A DNA stretch of 58,445 bases, the filler included, from Sluysia triapertura (taxonomy: Eukaryota): the NCBI GenBank assembly GCA_046118255.1. It is 4 parts of 4 records of this genome, joined end to end, with 100 filler letters (N's around TTAATTAATTAA, not from the genome) between each part and the next. Parts side by side here need not be neighbours in the genome. Positions count along the whole stretch, not along the records: positions 19,353 to 32,050 come from JBJNIA010089130.1; positions 32,151 to 43,382 come from JBJNIA010187069.1; 2 more parts are not named here. One strand, written 5' to 3'. Both the position numbers and the translations under genes were made by a program. Position 1 is the stretch's first letter; the number at the start of each line of letters is the position of its first letter. The notes under the pieces are model-generated. The model was not told the DNA's origin and made no database searches. It saw only the letters and a list, made by a program, of their open reading frames with translations. Shown here in pieces: positions 27,640 to 40,109 of the stretch.

Positions 27640-30600
27640 CAAATAGTAATCTATTAGAAATTAAAACATTTTAAGGTCAACATCATTCTTTCAAGTTAAC
27701 TAATCAAGACTTTTTATAAGGTCACGAACTTTATATAAATAGTAGTTAAGAAACTACTAGAAAAATAATAACAATAGACAATCTGCATCAACATTTTATA
27801 TTACTTCAGCTTTGTTATAATATTGGTCTAACATAGTTTGATTAACCCGACAGAATTTTCTAATTTTTTACAGGATGTTAAATAAATTAATCGTTAGTTA
27901 ATATTTGTTAAGATTCACTTTTTTAAAATAGTGTTGTAAATTAAACGTAAACAATTTTGATAGATTTTTTAATGTTTCCTTTCTTAAAATCAACTTTTAA
28001 AATTTATTATCTCGATTACGAATATTCTCATATACTGTATAACATTTAATTTAAATTAAATTAATTAAATTGTATTACTTTATAGTAATATTCAATTTGA
28101 GTTTTATTTATAAGTCAACATTTATTTTATTACGTATTTTAATAAAATTTATTCAATTCTAGTTTGATCCTTAAACTTTATTTACATAGCTATAAACTCA
28201 TAAAATTGGATGGACTTGTTTTAGAAACCGATTCTACGATCCTTATCACGTAGTTCTTTTTTAATTGCGATCAAATTTAAAATCTTAATATTAAGATCGC
28301 GGAATCTTAGCGCAGTTTAAATTATAAAAGATGTAACTAATAATCTTTGTTGCTCAACTTAATTTTTTAGTCCTTTAACTACAAACATCTTTATAACGAC
28401 GAAAGTATCATATTGGATCACCATCTTTATCTTTAATATTGATTATTTCACATTTGAATAAAATTTGATCCAAGTTGGTTTTAACTTAACAGAGACTATC
28501 TAATCTAAATTATATAGTCTCGAATTTTTAAAAATCAATTTCTCTTAGTTTAATACACCGGTTTTAAAATCGGTCGTAAATATATTTTTGGTAGATCTTG
28601 TTTAAAGAGAATCGAATACAAAATAAAACAAAACTAATCTTGCTTAAAAGCGGAATTCTAAAATCTCCAGCATTTAATTTTAATTTATCGCGTAACTTCA
28701 AAAATAATCCACATATTTTTGTTAAGCAACCACTCTTAATCTAAGATTTAATTTTACTACTCAATTCAGTGAATAAAATATTATCAGTACTATAAAAAGG
28801 TGTATCTTAGATTAAACTATTTTTACCATAAGCTTTTGTTCAAGTTGAATTTTAAATCCTACGGACTAGCTCTTAAGTGTGTAAGACCAGGATCGTAGGT
28901 GAATTCATAGCTTTAAAATGATCTGTTTATCGAGTGTCGAAATATTTTAACGTAAAATCCACACAAAATATTTATATTTAGTTCATTTTCTCAGTGACAT
29001 AACGACTACACTTTTCATTGTGAATATTAAGTGCATCTTAATTGAATTTGTTGAAAATTTATTAATTTTCAATAAAAAAAATTTAACTAAATAATAATAT
29101 CACTTTGATTTTATTTAATATTTATAAATAGAATTTTCGTCGTTTTATTACATAATAAAATCAATAAAATGAAATTTTATTGTTTATTTATTACTTTATG
29201 ACAATAATATTTCTGCTCAACATTGAATAGAAGTCATATCTTTAAATAATTAAGATAATATTCACTTATAGTACAGTGTTACGCATTAATAAGATATATG
29301 AATTAAAGTAGAGAAACATTAACGTTCTGTGGTTTGTTTTTATTTAGGATAATGTCTTCAAAAATTGCTACAAATTTAATTTAAAAAATATAAATAAATC
29401 AAAATTAAATCAAATAAACTTATTATTTTTATTGTAGTATAGTGTAATATTTATTTCCATGATTTTGTGATTGTAGGATTCTGGAAATAATTAATAATTA
29501 AATAAATAAAAAATAATTTTAATTTTCAAATGTTTCTAAAATCTATGAAGATTTTGTAATTTCTGCAGCTTATTTACTCTGTTTATGCTTAGGATTTCTC
29601 ACGACCGTGGTTTGATTAAAAGGTTTTCGACTTTTAAAGCCTCAGTTACTTGAGTAGAATTTGTATCGATACTAGCTTTGGATTTTCCTCAACTACGGAC
29701 TTGGTTGATATTTTATATTTTATTGTTATGGAGAACGAAATTAATAATGATTATTTTGAATAGTGTTATTAAGCTTATTAACTCAATATTTTAAAGATTT
29801 TATACACTTTATAATATTACTCAAATATTTTAGATGCTTATTAAGGTGTGGTGGCCCAGCCCACACCTATCTACATATCAAATAATTCATGTACACAAAC
29901 CTCAACACCAAAATTACATCATAACAAATTTTATACATATCACTCACAACATTACACCACTCATCATTATAAAATTACAGATGCCCGGCAAAATTCTTAT
30001 CAACATTTTTAACCAGAATATTAAACTCAGTGTTCATTGCCGTTTTTATTATCATCATGACACGCTACCCTTGTTCTAGTGTCTCCCAATTTTTCATTTT
30101 TATCGTTTTTACGATTTATTGTTGATAAAGTCCATTTAGTCATATTGCTATTGCCTTAGCTTCTTAACGTCCGCACCCAACGAGATTCGAGTGAATGTTA
30201 CTGACGGAGTACTGGGTCAAATATTGCAACTAACGATTTATCAAATAATCCGTACTCGTTACTCGGCCAAATGACTGGTAGAACCAATGCTACAATCGGC
30301 CCAAAACGTTGTTAAAAAATCAACTGAAGCTCTGGTGCAAAGTTTGAGACAATTAAAAAGCGGCCGAAGTAAATCAGTCAGTCAATGTTAAATGTATGAG
30401 TTTGTAATGAAATGTATGAAGATGTTCTAGATGTTTACAATGACAATTCCCTAAACATAATGGAACAAAATGTAAAATTACAAGGAATTCGTAAAAAGTA
30501 TCCAAAAGAAGAAATTGAATCTTTTTGTAAAAAAAGAGATCCTATTTTATCCTCAATCCTATTTAAAAATATTTCGCAGAATCTTTGGAAGATCAATACA

Positions 30601-31428
30601 AACAATCTGCTGAAAATGTACAAAACACTGAAAATTTGGAACAGTGTGTTATTTCATAAAAGGTATTCTAAATTTACTTTGCCATCAAATTTTTCGCTAA
30701 TGATTCTAATTATTTTTTAAATTTGGAATATTTATTTATTTTATGTTTTCATTTTATCTTGTGTCCGCATTTGTTCGTGTTTATCTTTTTACTTATTTTT
30801 GTGCTTATATTTATTTTACTTTTAATTCTGTTTAGACATCGATATCTATCTTTATACTTACCTTTAGATCTATGTTAACACTGAATTTCAGATTGGACTT
30901 TTCTTTGGCATTGGCATTCATCTTTGATTTCTCATTTGACTTTGCATTTGTGTAGGGTAGAGAAAGACAACGAGCTATTACATCAATTTTTATAACAGGT
31001 ATAGTAAAGTAGTAAAAATTAATTTATCAAAAGGTTTGAGATAGCATTTGATACTAAAACAGGTAATCCGTATTATATTATCGATAAATTATATATCCTG
31101 TCATAACAATACCAGTGCCTACTCAACCTGTAACATGTTCCAACAATTTAATTTTTATACTGTTGTTAAAGCTGAATTACTACTACTATTAAAATCGGTA
31201 GTAGTAGAAATAATGATAATAATGATTGTTTATAGTGACGATGATGTTGATGATGATGATGTTAATTGAATCGACCAACCAAATTAACTTTGTAGATGCA
31301 AACGTATGCATCTTTATAAATAGTGGAACTATTAACTTAGTAGGTCATAATCAAGAAATGTTTTGAAAAGATTTTAAAAAATTGAGAAAAATTTGAAATA
31401 ATTTGAAATGTGTAATTACAATTAGATC

Positions 31429-31665
31429 ATGATGAAGTATGGCCATGGTTATAATTTTCCATCAATCGTCCTGGCAGCATCGATTGCGTTGATGACCATG
31501 TTGGAACAATTTATCAACCAAATTTGTACTAATGGAGATAAGAATCATAATGTTGCTCGACTTTACAGCTTATCACTTAGTGCCCATACACTAGACGATG
31601 AACAGCGTGATAATGAGAATGAACCGAAAATGCTCCCAACTAGTGTGAATGGCGTAAATCAAGAT
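31429..31665 (+). pseudogene. Possible ZIP (SLC39) transporter exon fragment
   Basis: YNFPSIVLAASIALMTMLEQFI resembles ZIP1-3 TM3 (YP..E....GF.L...IEQ) and is followed by a polar loop and a GT donor. No other exons were recognised. Confidence 0.3.
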
Positions 31666-32050
31666 GTAATATGGCATTATCATTTTGAATTTTTTACTTA
31701 TTTTACTGATACCTTCTATGCTAATATAAGTGGTACTGAGATACTCCTCAACGATCATCACGTAATATGACAAGATATTAGTGGAAAACGAGGAGATTAT
31801 GGTGGTAACGGAGACAAGTTTAAAATGGAGTTTAAAATTTTAAAAATTTAATAAATATTGAACATATTAAAAATAAAAATTTAATTAATATTTATGTGAG
31901 AATTAAGTTAAAGAAGTGATAGAATAAAAGTTGATTTGAGATATCGTGAGTTCACCAACGAACTGGACTTACCAGCGAGGGCCAGCCGTTGGATTTTACG
32001 TAAATAAAAAGATATCTAAAGCCTTGAAAATTTAACAATTTTCTAACTAT

Positions 32051-32150
32051 NNNNNNNNNNNNNNNNNNNNNNNNNNNNNNNNNNNNNNNNNNNNTTAATT
32101 AATTAANNNNNNNNNNNNNNNNNNNNNNNNNNNNNNNNNNNNNNNNNNNN
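32051..32150. other. Artificial contig linker
   Basis: Same 100-nt structure. Confidence 0.95.
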
Positions 32151-32223
32151 GTAGAGCAGTCGGACTGCGCAGACGATGGTCCCGGGTTCGATCCCCGGTC
32201 AGTCCATTTTATGAAGTCTAACA
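32151..32223 (+). tRNA. Second tRNA-Ala-derived copy, 5'-truncated at the contig start
   Basis: GTAGAGCAGTCGGACTGCGCAGACGATGGTCCCGGGTTCGATCCCCGGTCAGTCCA has TGC at the anticodon position. It shares the 3' tail TTTTATGAAGTCTAACA with the copy at 55073-55161. Confidence 0.7.
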
Positions 32224-33520
32224 AAATTAACCCGGCCATTTCATACTATTATAAATATTTTCAATATTTTATTTTATTCTTTTTATCCTTGTTTAAAAAA
32301 TCTTAATTAAAATTTATTATTATTTTTTTTATTTGTTTAAAATCTTAATTAATTAAAAAACAGTCATAATCATAATATAACAAGTATAAATAGGCATTAT
32401 AAAATGATCTAATCACAACTGTTAAACATCACTTTTAATCACAAGTTTATTTAAAAGTTTTTAAACAAGAAATTTCGACCACAAGTTATATAATTCAAGT
32501 TTTGATAACCCAAGTGATAATAATTCAAATTTTAATCACACAAGCTTCGCTTATACAATAATTCTTTGAATACAATTTTAAAGGATAAGTTGATCTGTAA
32601 CCATACCAATTTAAATTAATCTGAACATTTTACTGACAAATTCTTTTCTGTGGACAATCCTTGACTTAAATTTTGATTAATTAATTCGTTAGTTTTTTTG
32701 CGAATTAAGTAACAGTTCTTAAATATTGCATAAAAATATACGTAAATTTTCGTTTACATTTTTTGGGATACCTTTTAAGTTGATAGGAGAGCAAATAATT
32801 AAATTTTTTAAAATAACTAAACATTCAAGGATAATGAGGATAAAATACAATTTTTATATATTGTCATTGCATATTTTATAGTGCTTGCTCGATTTTATTT
32901 ATTAATAGTTAACAATACTTATTGCAAATTTTTTGATAAATTTATTAATTCTTAAATTTTGTTTTATAAGAGATACTTTTCATAATTATTGAAATAGAAG
33001 ATAAATATAACCTTTTTCATCACAATTAAAAAGAATTTTATGAAGTAACAAGTTTTAGAGTTTATAGAAGCCTTAATAAAATAATTATTAAAATTCATTC
33101 AAATTGTAAAACAATTTAAAGGTTTCATTTAATCAAACCACCATTGAAATCTTGGTTCTATTTAATTAAAAAATCAAAATAAATTATTGAACTAAAAATT
33201 AAATAGGTTCTCTTTTTTAATAACCTTAATAAAATATTACAGAGAACCGCAGTAAAATAGTGTTAAACTTTTGGTTTCATTTAGTAAAGAACCATATTAA
33301 TTTTCATTAACATTCAAGATTCATTTTGGTCCGAATTTTAAGAGGATCATAATAATACACTTAATCATAAGATTTAAACATTAATTATTAGGTTTATAAT
33401 AATCTTTATAATATTGAAGGATATAAGTTGAATAAGTGACTAAGAACTTACTCAAGAGTTAAAATAATATATTTAGTGGACCTCTATTAGCTATAAATTG
33501 TTTTTCTAAAAATGCTAAGA

Positions 33521-33975
33521 ACTAGCCGTAACTCGTAAGTCTAGGATCTAGGTGGACTCACTTAATTTTCAAAACATTTTATTGTTATTCATATACATAT
33601 TATTCACAATACTGTATCTCTAAGTTTATTAATATCCTTTATTTGTTTAAATTATATTGTTATAGATCATAGTCAAATTCTATATATTGCCAAAAAATTA
33701 TAAATCATTATTGTTAAACCGAATTTTTTAATAAGTAGAAAAGTATAATAAGTCACGCCGTTTTAAGTATGCGGTAGCAAAATATAATTAAATTTAAATA
33801 ATATTACTTATTCGAGCTCTAACTTTTATCGAGTTAATTTACATTATTTTACCTCCACGTAATAAATTATTGAATTTTAAGAATAACCGTATTTACTAAA
33901 CTTTAATAAATTATTACAATTCCTAATAAGAAGAACTATCAATTAAGCATACAAAGAAAATTTTAAATAAGTACT
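33521..33975 (+). repeat. Second copy of the dispersed AT-rich repeat and motif
   Basis: ACTAGCC...GTAAGTCTAGGATCTAGGTGGACTCAC plus the block homologous to 10020-10265. Confidence 0.7.
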
Positions 33976-34559
33976 AAACTGTTATGGCATTTTTCGATCA
34001 TCACTTATTCATTTCAGTTATCTGCCGTTTTTTCATCATTATTTCGTTATCTTCGATTTCTATTATTGTCTCTTGATTCTCACATTCTTCTCTGTTATTT
34101 CTTCTTGTTGAATATTTGTCTTCGTAATTATTATAGTTTTCTTGTTCCTTACGATTTTTGAACGAAATTACATTTTATCTGTTCTCTGTAGTTGCTATTA
34201 TTTGTTATGTTCATCCAATCTTACTTTCGAATATAAATATTAGTAAATAATTAAAATAAATTAAGAGAAAAAAGGCTTTGTTTGATGAGGTGTATATCGC
34301 CTTTTAAGCCTTTAATAAAGAACAAGTAATTAAGAAGAATATCAAATGGAAATAATGAAAGATCAAAATAACATGGAAAGAGGAATAAGGTCGTTCTGAT
34401 ACTACATAATGTGATAAAACTATCAAGATAATTCAAGATAAAACTATCAAGATATTGACTCTTTTTAATAAAACTACTGTTAAAAAATTTAAAAACATAA
34501 TCTGACTGAAGTCGTTTTATAAACAATGAATCCCTTATGTTTGATCAACTAAGATGAAA

Positions 34560-35330
34560 TAGAAATATAAATATAAAAAGTGCAAGATTCTGATTATGGA
34601 TTTTTCTGAAATATGATTTAAATTACTTAAGTTTAAAGCATGATTTCGAAAAGATGGCTCAGCTAACATACCAAACATTGTTAGACAAGCGAGTCAGATC
34701 CTTGTCATATCATATTTTGTTGCAAAATTTATGATATGTTGGATGTGAGCAGAACTTTTAACTCTGAATGATATATAGAATTAATTAAAGCATCTCTTGA
34801 ATTTTGTATAATTGAAACTTCAGATTTTAAACGAATTCATGGTAATGCTCATCATCACACCCATAAAGATAATACATCTTCAGATATCATGAAAATTTTC
34901 ATAAACAAGATTTTGAGTTGTATGTTACAGTTCCCGATCATATGATAAACTACTTTGGATTTCTGAGTGAAAGAAAACTAAGGAAATGCATGCTTTAGTA
35001 GAACATTGTAATGGCGTTATTATAGCTATCTTAACTAATTTTATAATAGTTTTGTCTTACATAAATATGTAACACTTAACAATTTCATTACTATTGATTT
35101 TAATAAAGTAAGGTAGCAAAATGTGGGTTAATTTTTAGAACGAAAGAAATCAATTTGAATAAATGAAAAGGAAACACTATTGTAATGAATGTATGTCAAT
35201 GATATACGTAATGCACATTGGACCGGAAATGGTTAATAAATTGCTACTTTGCAAGTTGTCATTTTAGAGAACATCATGAAATAATTAACTAAAGTCAAAT
35301 ATATGCACTTCGCATATTTTTTGCAAATTA
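34560..35330 (+). mobile_element. Decayed hAT transposase
   Basis: Broken frames give SKRWLS...ILVISYF and DIRN.../IGPEMVNKLLLCK, resembling the hAT RW motif and the C-terminal dimerisation domain. Confidence 0.4.
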
Positions 35331-35829
35331 TTTAACCGATTAGATCAAAGTGTCGCATAACTTATAACTACCATCGCAACTAAAATAGCAAAAATAAAAA
35401 CAATAAACCGAAATATTTGTTACTGCATTTAAATATATCTTTAATAATTTTTTCCACTTATTTTATTTCAGCGAACTCAAGGATAATGATTTACATTCTT
35501 TTAGTTCAGTATAATTGATGAATTTCTAAAATGATTACCTTAATCGAAATATCGAAATATGACATAGGATGTAGAATAATATAACTAATATTTTAATGAT
35601 ATTAAGATTGTTGGGAGTGATATGGAGTATCAGGGTTCATGTGAACTCCTGATACCAATTTTGTTGTGATAAATTTGGTTTAGGTTGTAATTTCAGAAAT
35701 TTTGGTAATTTATAGTTATATGGAACACAAATGAGCTTCTCATTATGGTATTTTTTTAATAAATAAAGAAAATATCCATTAAATTTTATTTGATTATTAT
35801 TTACGATTAAAAATTGCGTATACTTATTG

Positions 35830-36649
35830 AAATTTTGTTCGAATATAAAATAAAACACATATATAAACTTCTATTTATAAAATTTACAAATATTAAACGT
35901 GTCACCGTTTCCATGTCTTGTTTCACCATCTGAAAGAAAAACATTATTTTTAATATTATTATATTTTGTAAGTGGATTAATTTACTTTATGAAATTTCAA
36001 TGTAAATCTTTTGTCAATACACGTCTCTGTCCTCCGATTAAGACTCTCGGGCAGCTCGTTAATTTCTGATTCGCTGGCCTTATGTGTGTTTCGACACTTA
36101 ACTCCATTCTTCATGCACACTCATGATAATATGCGGAGAATGGGCAAAAGGCGATCACTTTGGTTATGTAATCTTCTTGTCTAGTGACAATTACTTCGTA
36201 ATGATGAGCATTGTTACTTTTGGCTTTTAATCATCCTCTTTGTATTAATTAACATTGATGTTGCCGTCGTCATATTCTTCAACTTTATAATCTTCATCTT
36301 TGTAGTGCTTAGCATTATTGTTATCATCTTTATATTCTTCGAAATTATAATCACCATCTTTATATTGTTTAACATGATTGCTATCATCTTTATATTCCTC
36401 AACATTACCATCTTCATCTTTATAGTGCTTAACATTGTTACTGTCGTCTTTATATTGTTCGACTTTATAATGATCATCTTTATATTCTTCGACATTATAA
36501 TGGTCATCTTTATATTGCTTAACATGGTTGATGACTTCTTTGTATTCTTTGATATTACAATCTTCATCTCTATAGTGTTTAACATCGCTACTGCTATCTT
36601 TATATTGTTCGAGATCAGTACAGCTCACTTCAACTTTATTCGAAAACAT
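35830..36649 (-). pseudogene. Paralog of the acidic-repeat CCCH gene (cargo of cassette U3), disrupted
   Basis: About 12 repeats of a 30-nt unit (VEEYKDDHYK, VKHYKDEDGN...) are followed by a stop at 36245 and frameshifts. Next comes VIAFCPFSAYY/VCMKNGVKCRNTH, homologous to the U4 finger. A 56-nt intron (35985-35930) is followed by ATGGTGAA, as in U4. Confidence 0.7.
36225..36612 (-). repeat. 30-nt coding tandem repeat (about 12-13 copies)
   Basis: CATCTTTATA/CATCTTTGTA recurs every 30 nt on the + strand and encodes YKD(D/E) units on the - strand. Confidence 0.9.
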
Positions 36650-36819
36650 TGTAAGGCTTTGATAGTTTTGATTATGTTTATTAATCGTTAGAAATAATTG
36701 AATAAATTGAAATAAATTGAAATTCGTGAATTAGACAATTGTTTTTTGGTATAAATTTTTATACCAGTACTTTTAGAAATTGAGAATCATTATTTTTGTG
36801 CCTAAAAAGTATTTCGTAT

Positions 36820-37262
36820 CTTGATTGGTTTTCCAACCAAAATCGTTTAGAGGCAATCAGTATGATAACTGTTGGTTGGACAGCCAATACGAGTAGTTAA
36901 TTTATTTCATCAAAATCGACGATTGAGATCATACTGTGATGACAACCATCATCAACAGTGACATGGAATTGTAAATGTAAACCAAAATGTCACTGCTGAT
37001 GATGGAAGTTACTCTGTGATTTTGAGATGCATAAATAAAATTTAAATTAACTTAATTATGTTAAAATGATGATAATAATAATAACAATGAAGTGTTATTA
37101 TTATTATTAATCGAAAAATACATAGATTTCTTTTAAATACTATTTTCACATGAACTTTCTTTGATTTTCTTAATATTTCTGATCATATCTAAATTGTAGA
37201 AGCGAAAGGAACTTGCAGACTTATGGATTTGTAGTGTTGAAGCTTTTTTCATATAGATCTTA
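36820..37262 (-). promoter_or_regulatory. Cassette U3 spacer and double inverted repeat upstream of the CCCH paralog
   Basis: Hairpin 1 arms at 36946-36964 and 36987-37005 match 18/19 (CCATCATCARCAGTGACAT). Hairpin 2 arms are at 36824-36840 and 36872-36888. The spacer 37010-37260 is homologous to about 49070-49310. Confidence 0.7.
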
Positions 37263-38103
37263 TGTAGTGGTCAACACTCATAATTCAAAATTCACTAAAA
37301 TCTCACAACATCTAAATCATAATCACACTCAACATTATCAATTTACAACAGCTCATTCACAAAAATCATAACTCAACCTTCACACAAACTTAACAATAAA
37401 CTCACATGAAATAATACATTTAATATTCCCAAACCCTTCATCTTACACTACATTTCGGCAATCAATATTTAACATTCGAGAACACCATTTAATAGCTTAT
37501 TTTCTTAAACCGAAACACAACCATAGACTAACAACATTAAAATTATAAAAGCATTAAATATCATTTCACAACACCAACAAATATACTTGAAATATAGAAG
37601 GCATTTATTTTACATCTTCGAACCAGTTATAAAATTTCAAACACACCATTCATCAACATAACCATTATCATCATTTTACAACAACATCGTAAATACGTCA
37701 AGATTTATTTTAAATTTAAATAAACTATAACCTTTAACAAGCCTTTCAAACCATTATATTCAATGCATAAATCTTGTTTTCAACTATAAAATTTAAATAA
37801 ATCTCAAGAATTTATTCTAACATTCTTCATTTCACTTACAACTTAAATCATTTCTTTTATCTTCGAAAATAAATTTAATACAGCTCTAAATAAATCAATT
37901 TCAGAAATGAAGCAGCAACGATAACTGAAGCATAGTATACCACGTTACCGTTGTTCCTTCCCATTATACCAATATTTTTTATTTTTCATTTTATTTTATA
38001 TATGTCAGAAATAAAAGAATTCGAAAGAAAAGTTCGTGTCTTTTATTCGAAAAGAATGATTTATGCATTTTTATTGGTAATAATAGTAATAACAACAATA
38101 TTA

Positions 38104-38169
<66 letters not shown>

Positions 38170-38400
38170 ATCATTAAATTAAATTAACAAAATTTTTATC
38201 AACATTCAAATTAGTTGCCGCCATCATCAATATTGACACTTCACAATTCTATTAATGTCAATATTCATGATGGTTAATCATCACAAATTATTACTCTTAA
38301 CCACCCCCCCCCCAATAACGACAGATATTACTGTTTGGAAGTCGTGATTTGATGGCCAACCACAATCGATTTTATATGAGTTAATCTTTAAAACAATTGA
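37263..38400 (+). mobile_element. Cassette U2 5' module
   Basis: Starts TGTAGTGGTCAACACTCATAATT (U1: TGTAGTGGCCAACACTCATAATT). Hairpin 0 at 37909-37960, (ATT)n at about 38100-38165, hairpin 1 at 38221-38273. Confidence 0.75.
38100..38165. repeat. (ATT)n microsatellite within the cassette U2 spacer
   Basis: Near-perfect run; it produces the spurious poly-Leu ORF. Confidence 0.95.
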
Positions 38401-38412
38401 TATAAACTATTA

Positions 38413-39415
38413 ATGTTAGCTATTCCAAAACATTCTAATACACAAAGACTGATAAAAATGATTTCATTTCAACCTAGTCATGGATCGACTTTATCAGAAA
38501 TATTTGATGCTTAAATTTTGAAATCACATTTTTTATTAAAAGCACGAGTTACAGATGAAGTTTTTTTGAAAATTATAAATAAAGACAGCATTGTTTCGAG
38601 CAGAGGAAAGCGTGCTAAACATTGAACCTTCGATGAAAAGTCAGCATTCAATGATTGAAGATATTTGTTTACAGGTTACAGCATTGGCTGATATTAGAAA
38701 TAATGTTTTGATCACATAAAGTCAATATTACATTATGAACGTGAAAATTATTGTGGAAAGATAAATCGTGAGATCGATACATTAATACAGTCAAAGAATC
38801 AAAATAATATCCAAGTAACAAATCCATCACCTCTTAATGTTAAGAGAAATGTCAAAGATCGTTATATTGTGCTAATGTTTTTGAACCCAGAAATATATAT
38901 AATACATGAGTATCTAAGATGGAGCTTTAGAAGTGCATATTATTTGTTTTATCTGATATGGCAACATAAATCAAATTATTATTTGAATCCAACATCAGAA
39001 CAACTTTATGGCGAAATCATTGATAAGACTGCGAAAACATTTTTATTTATAACTAATCTACGTAGATTTATTAAGGAAATTAACAACAATTTGTTATCCT
39101 GTATACGACGCACATCGAGATCAGTAGTAAAGAAATGTACCAGCAAAAGTCTTACGTTTAGTTCGGAAATTCGTAGTCAAGTGTATGATGATGATGATTT
39201 ATGCACAAAAGTACAGTTGCGGTTTACATTAGATCCCGCGTTCAAAACATGTTTATTTGCACTTTGCTTATCGAAGGAATTCTTCAGGATCCTGTTATCT
39301 CATCTTGTAAGACTTGATGTTAAATTTATATTAATTTATATTTTAGATATCAAGTTCAGATTTTGTATCAATGGAAGGTAATGTGGTGCAGTAGTCAAAA
39401 GTGGTTTATTAACTA
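38413..39415 (+). pseudogene. Orphan cargo gene of cassette U2, disrupted in its 5' half
   Basis: An ATG at 38413 follows the hairpins. The frame is interrupted by stops, then continues as the long frame containing ORF 38869-39381, with a 40-nt GT-AG intron at 39307-39346. I recognise no domain. Confidence 0.5.
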
Positions 39416-40109
39416 ATTTTTTTAAAGTTTATTGTAAGGTTTCGGCTTTTTTTACGAAAGTCATAATTTATTATGTAAATTGCTATTTGCTGACTCTAGT
39501 TTACACTAGAGAAAATACCATTTAGATTAGTAAGAGAGAACTTTGTATAAAATTTGTGTTATGTAAAAATTAAATTCAAAGATTAATTCATTCATGAAAT
39601 TAAAATTGTCTACCTTCATTTTGTAACATTCTTTGTATATGATTTTGATACATGTAAAAATTTGAAAGGAGGTCCACTAAGAAGTAATTACTTCGAAACA
39701 AATTTTATACAGTAAACTACAGATTATTAGGAATAATGATGGTGAGGGTCGACACGGATAATCCGCAAAGTAATAATAAAAAATACTAGTATAATACAAA
39801 AACAATGAAAATACATTCAATGTTTTATTAAAAATTGGTAATTTTGGTTTGTTTAAGTGAATTTCTCAATGATTTTAATATCTCGAATTTTTCTTAAAGA
39901 TATTACATCGTTATAGTCGAAGCTCCATTGATCGATATATTCTAGTAAAGTATCGACAGAAGTCAGTGCCGCGTCGTGACTTTTAAGAATTTATGTGTTT
40001 ATAATGATAATAATAATAACATTTTGTTATTATCACTATTTTTAATTTTTATTATTTTTATATTTAATTAAAAAGCCAAAAACCGGATGATTAATTAACT
40101 GGATAACGG

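Noticed and set aside
27258-27674. Poly-Ile ORF, and the poly-Leu ORF at 37951-38187
   Set aside because: Translations of (AAT)n/(ATT)n microsatellites.
34415-34457. Short local direct repeats (also about 5908-5940, 20645-20743, 22021-22054, 43636-43680)
   Set aside because: Ordinary slippage duplications in AT-rich DNA.
36214-36691. Overlapping ORFs 36214-36585 (-) and 36305-36691 (+); likewise 40495-40881 and 40580-40807
   Set aside because: They are alternative frames of the 30-nt tandem repeat. Only the acidic YKDD frame connects to the zinc finger.
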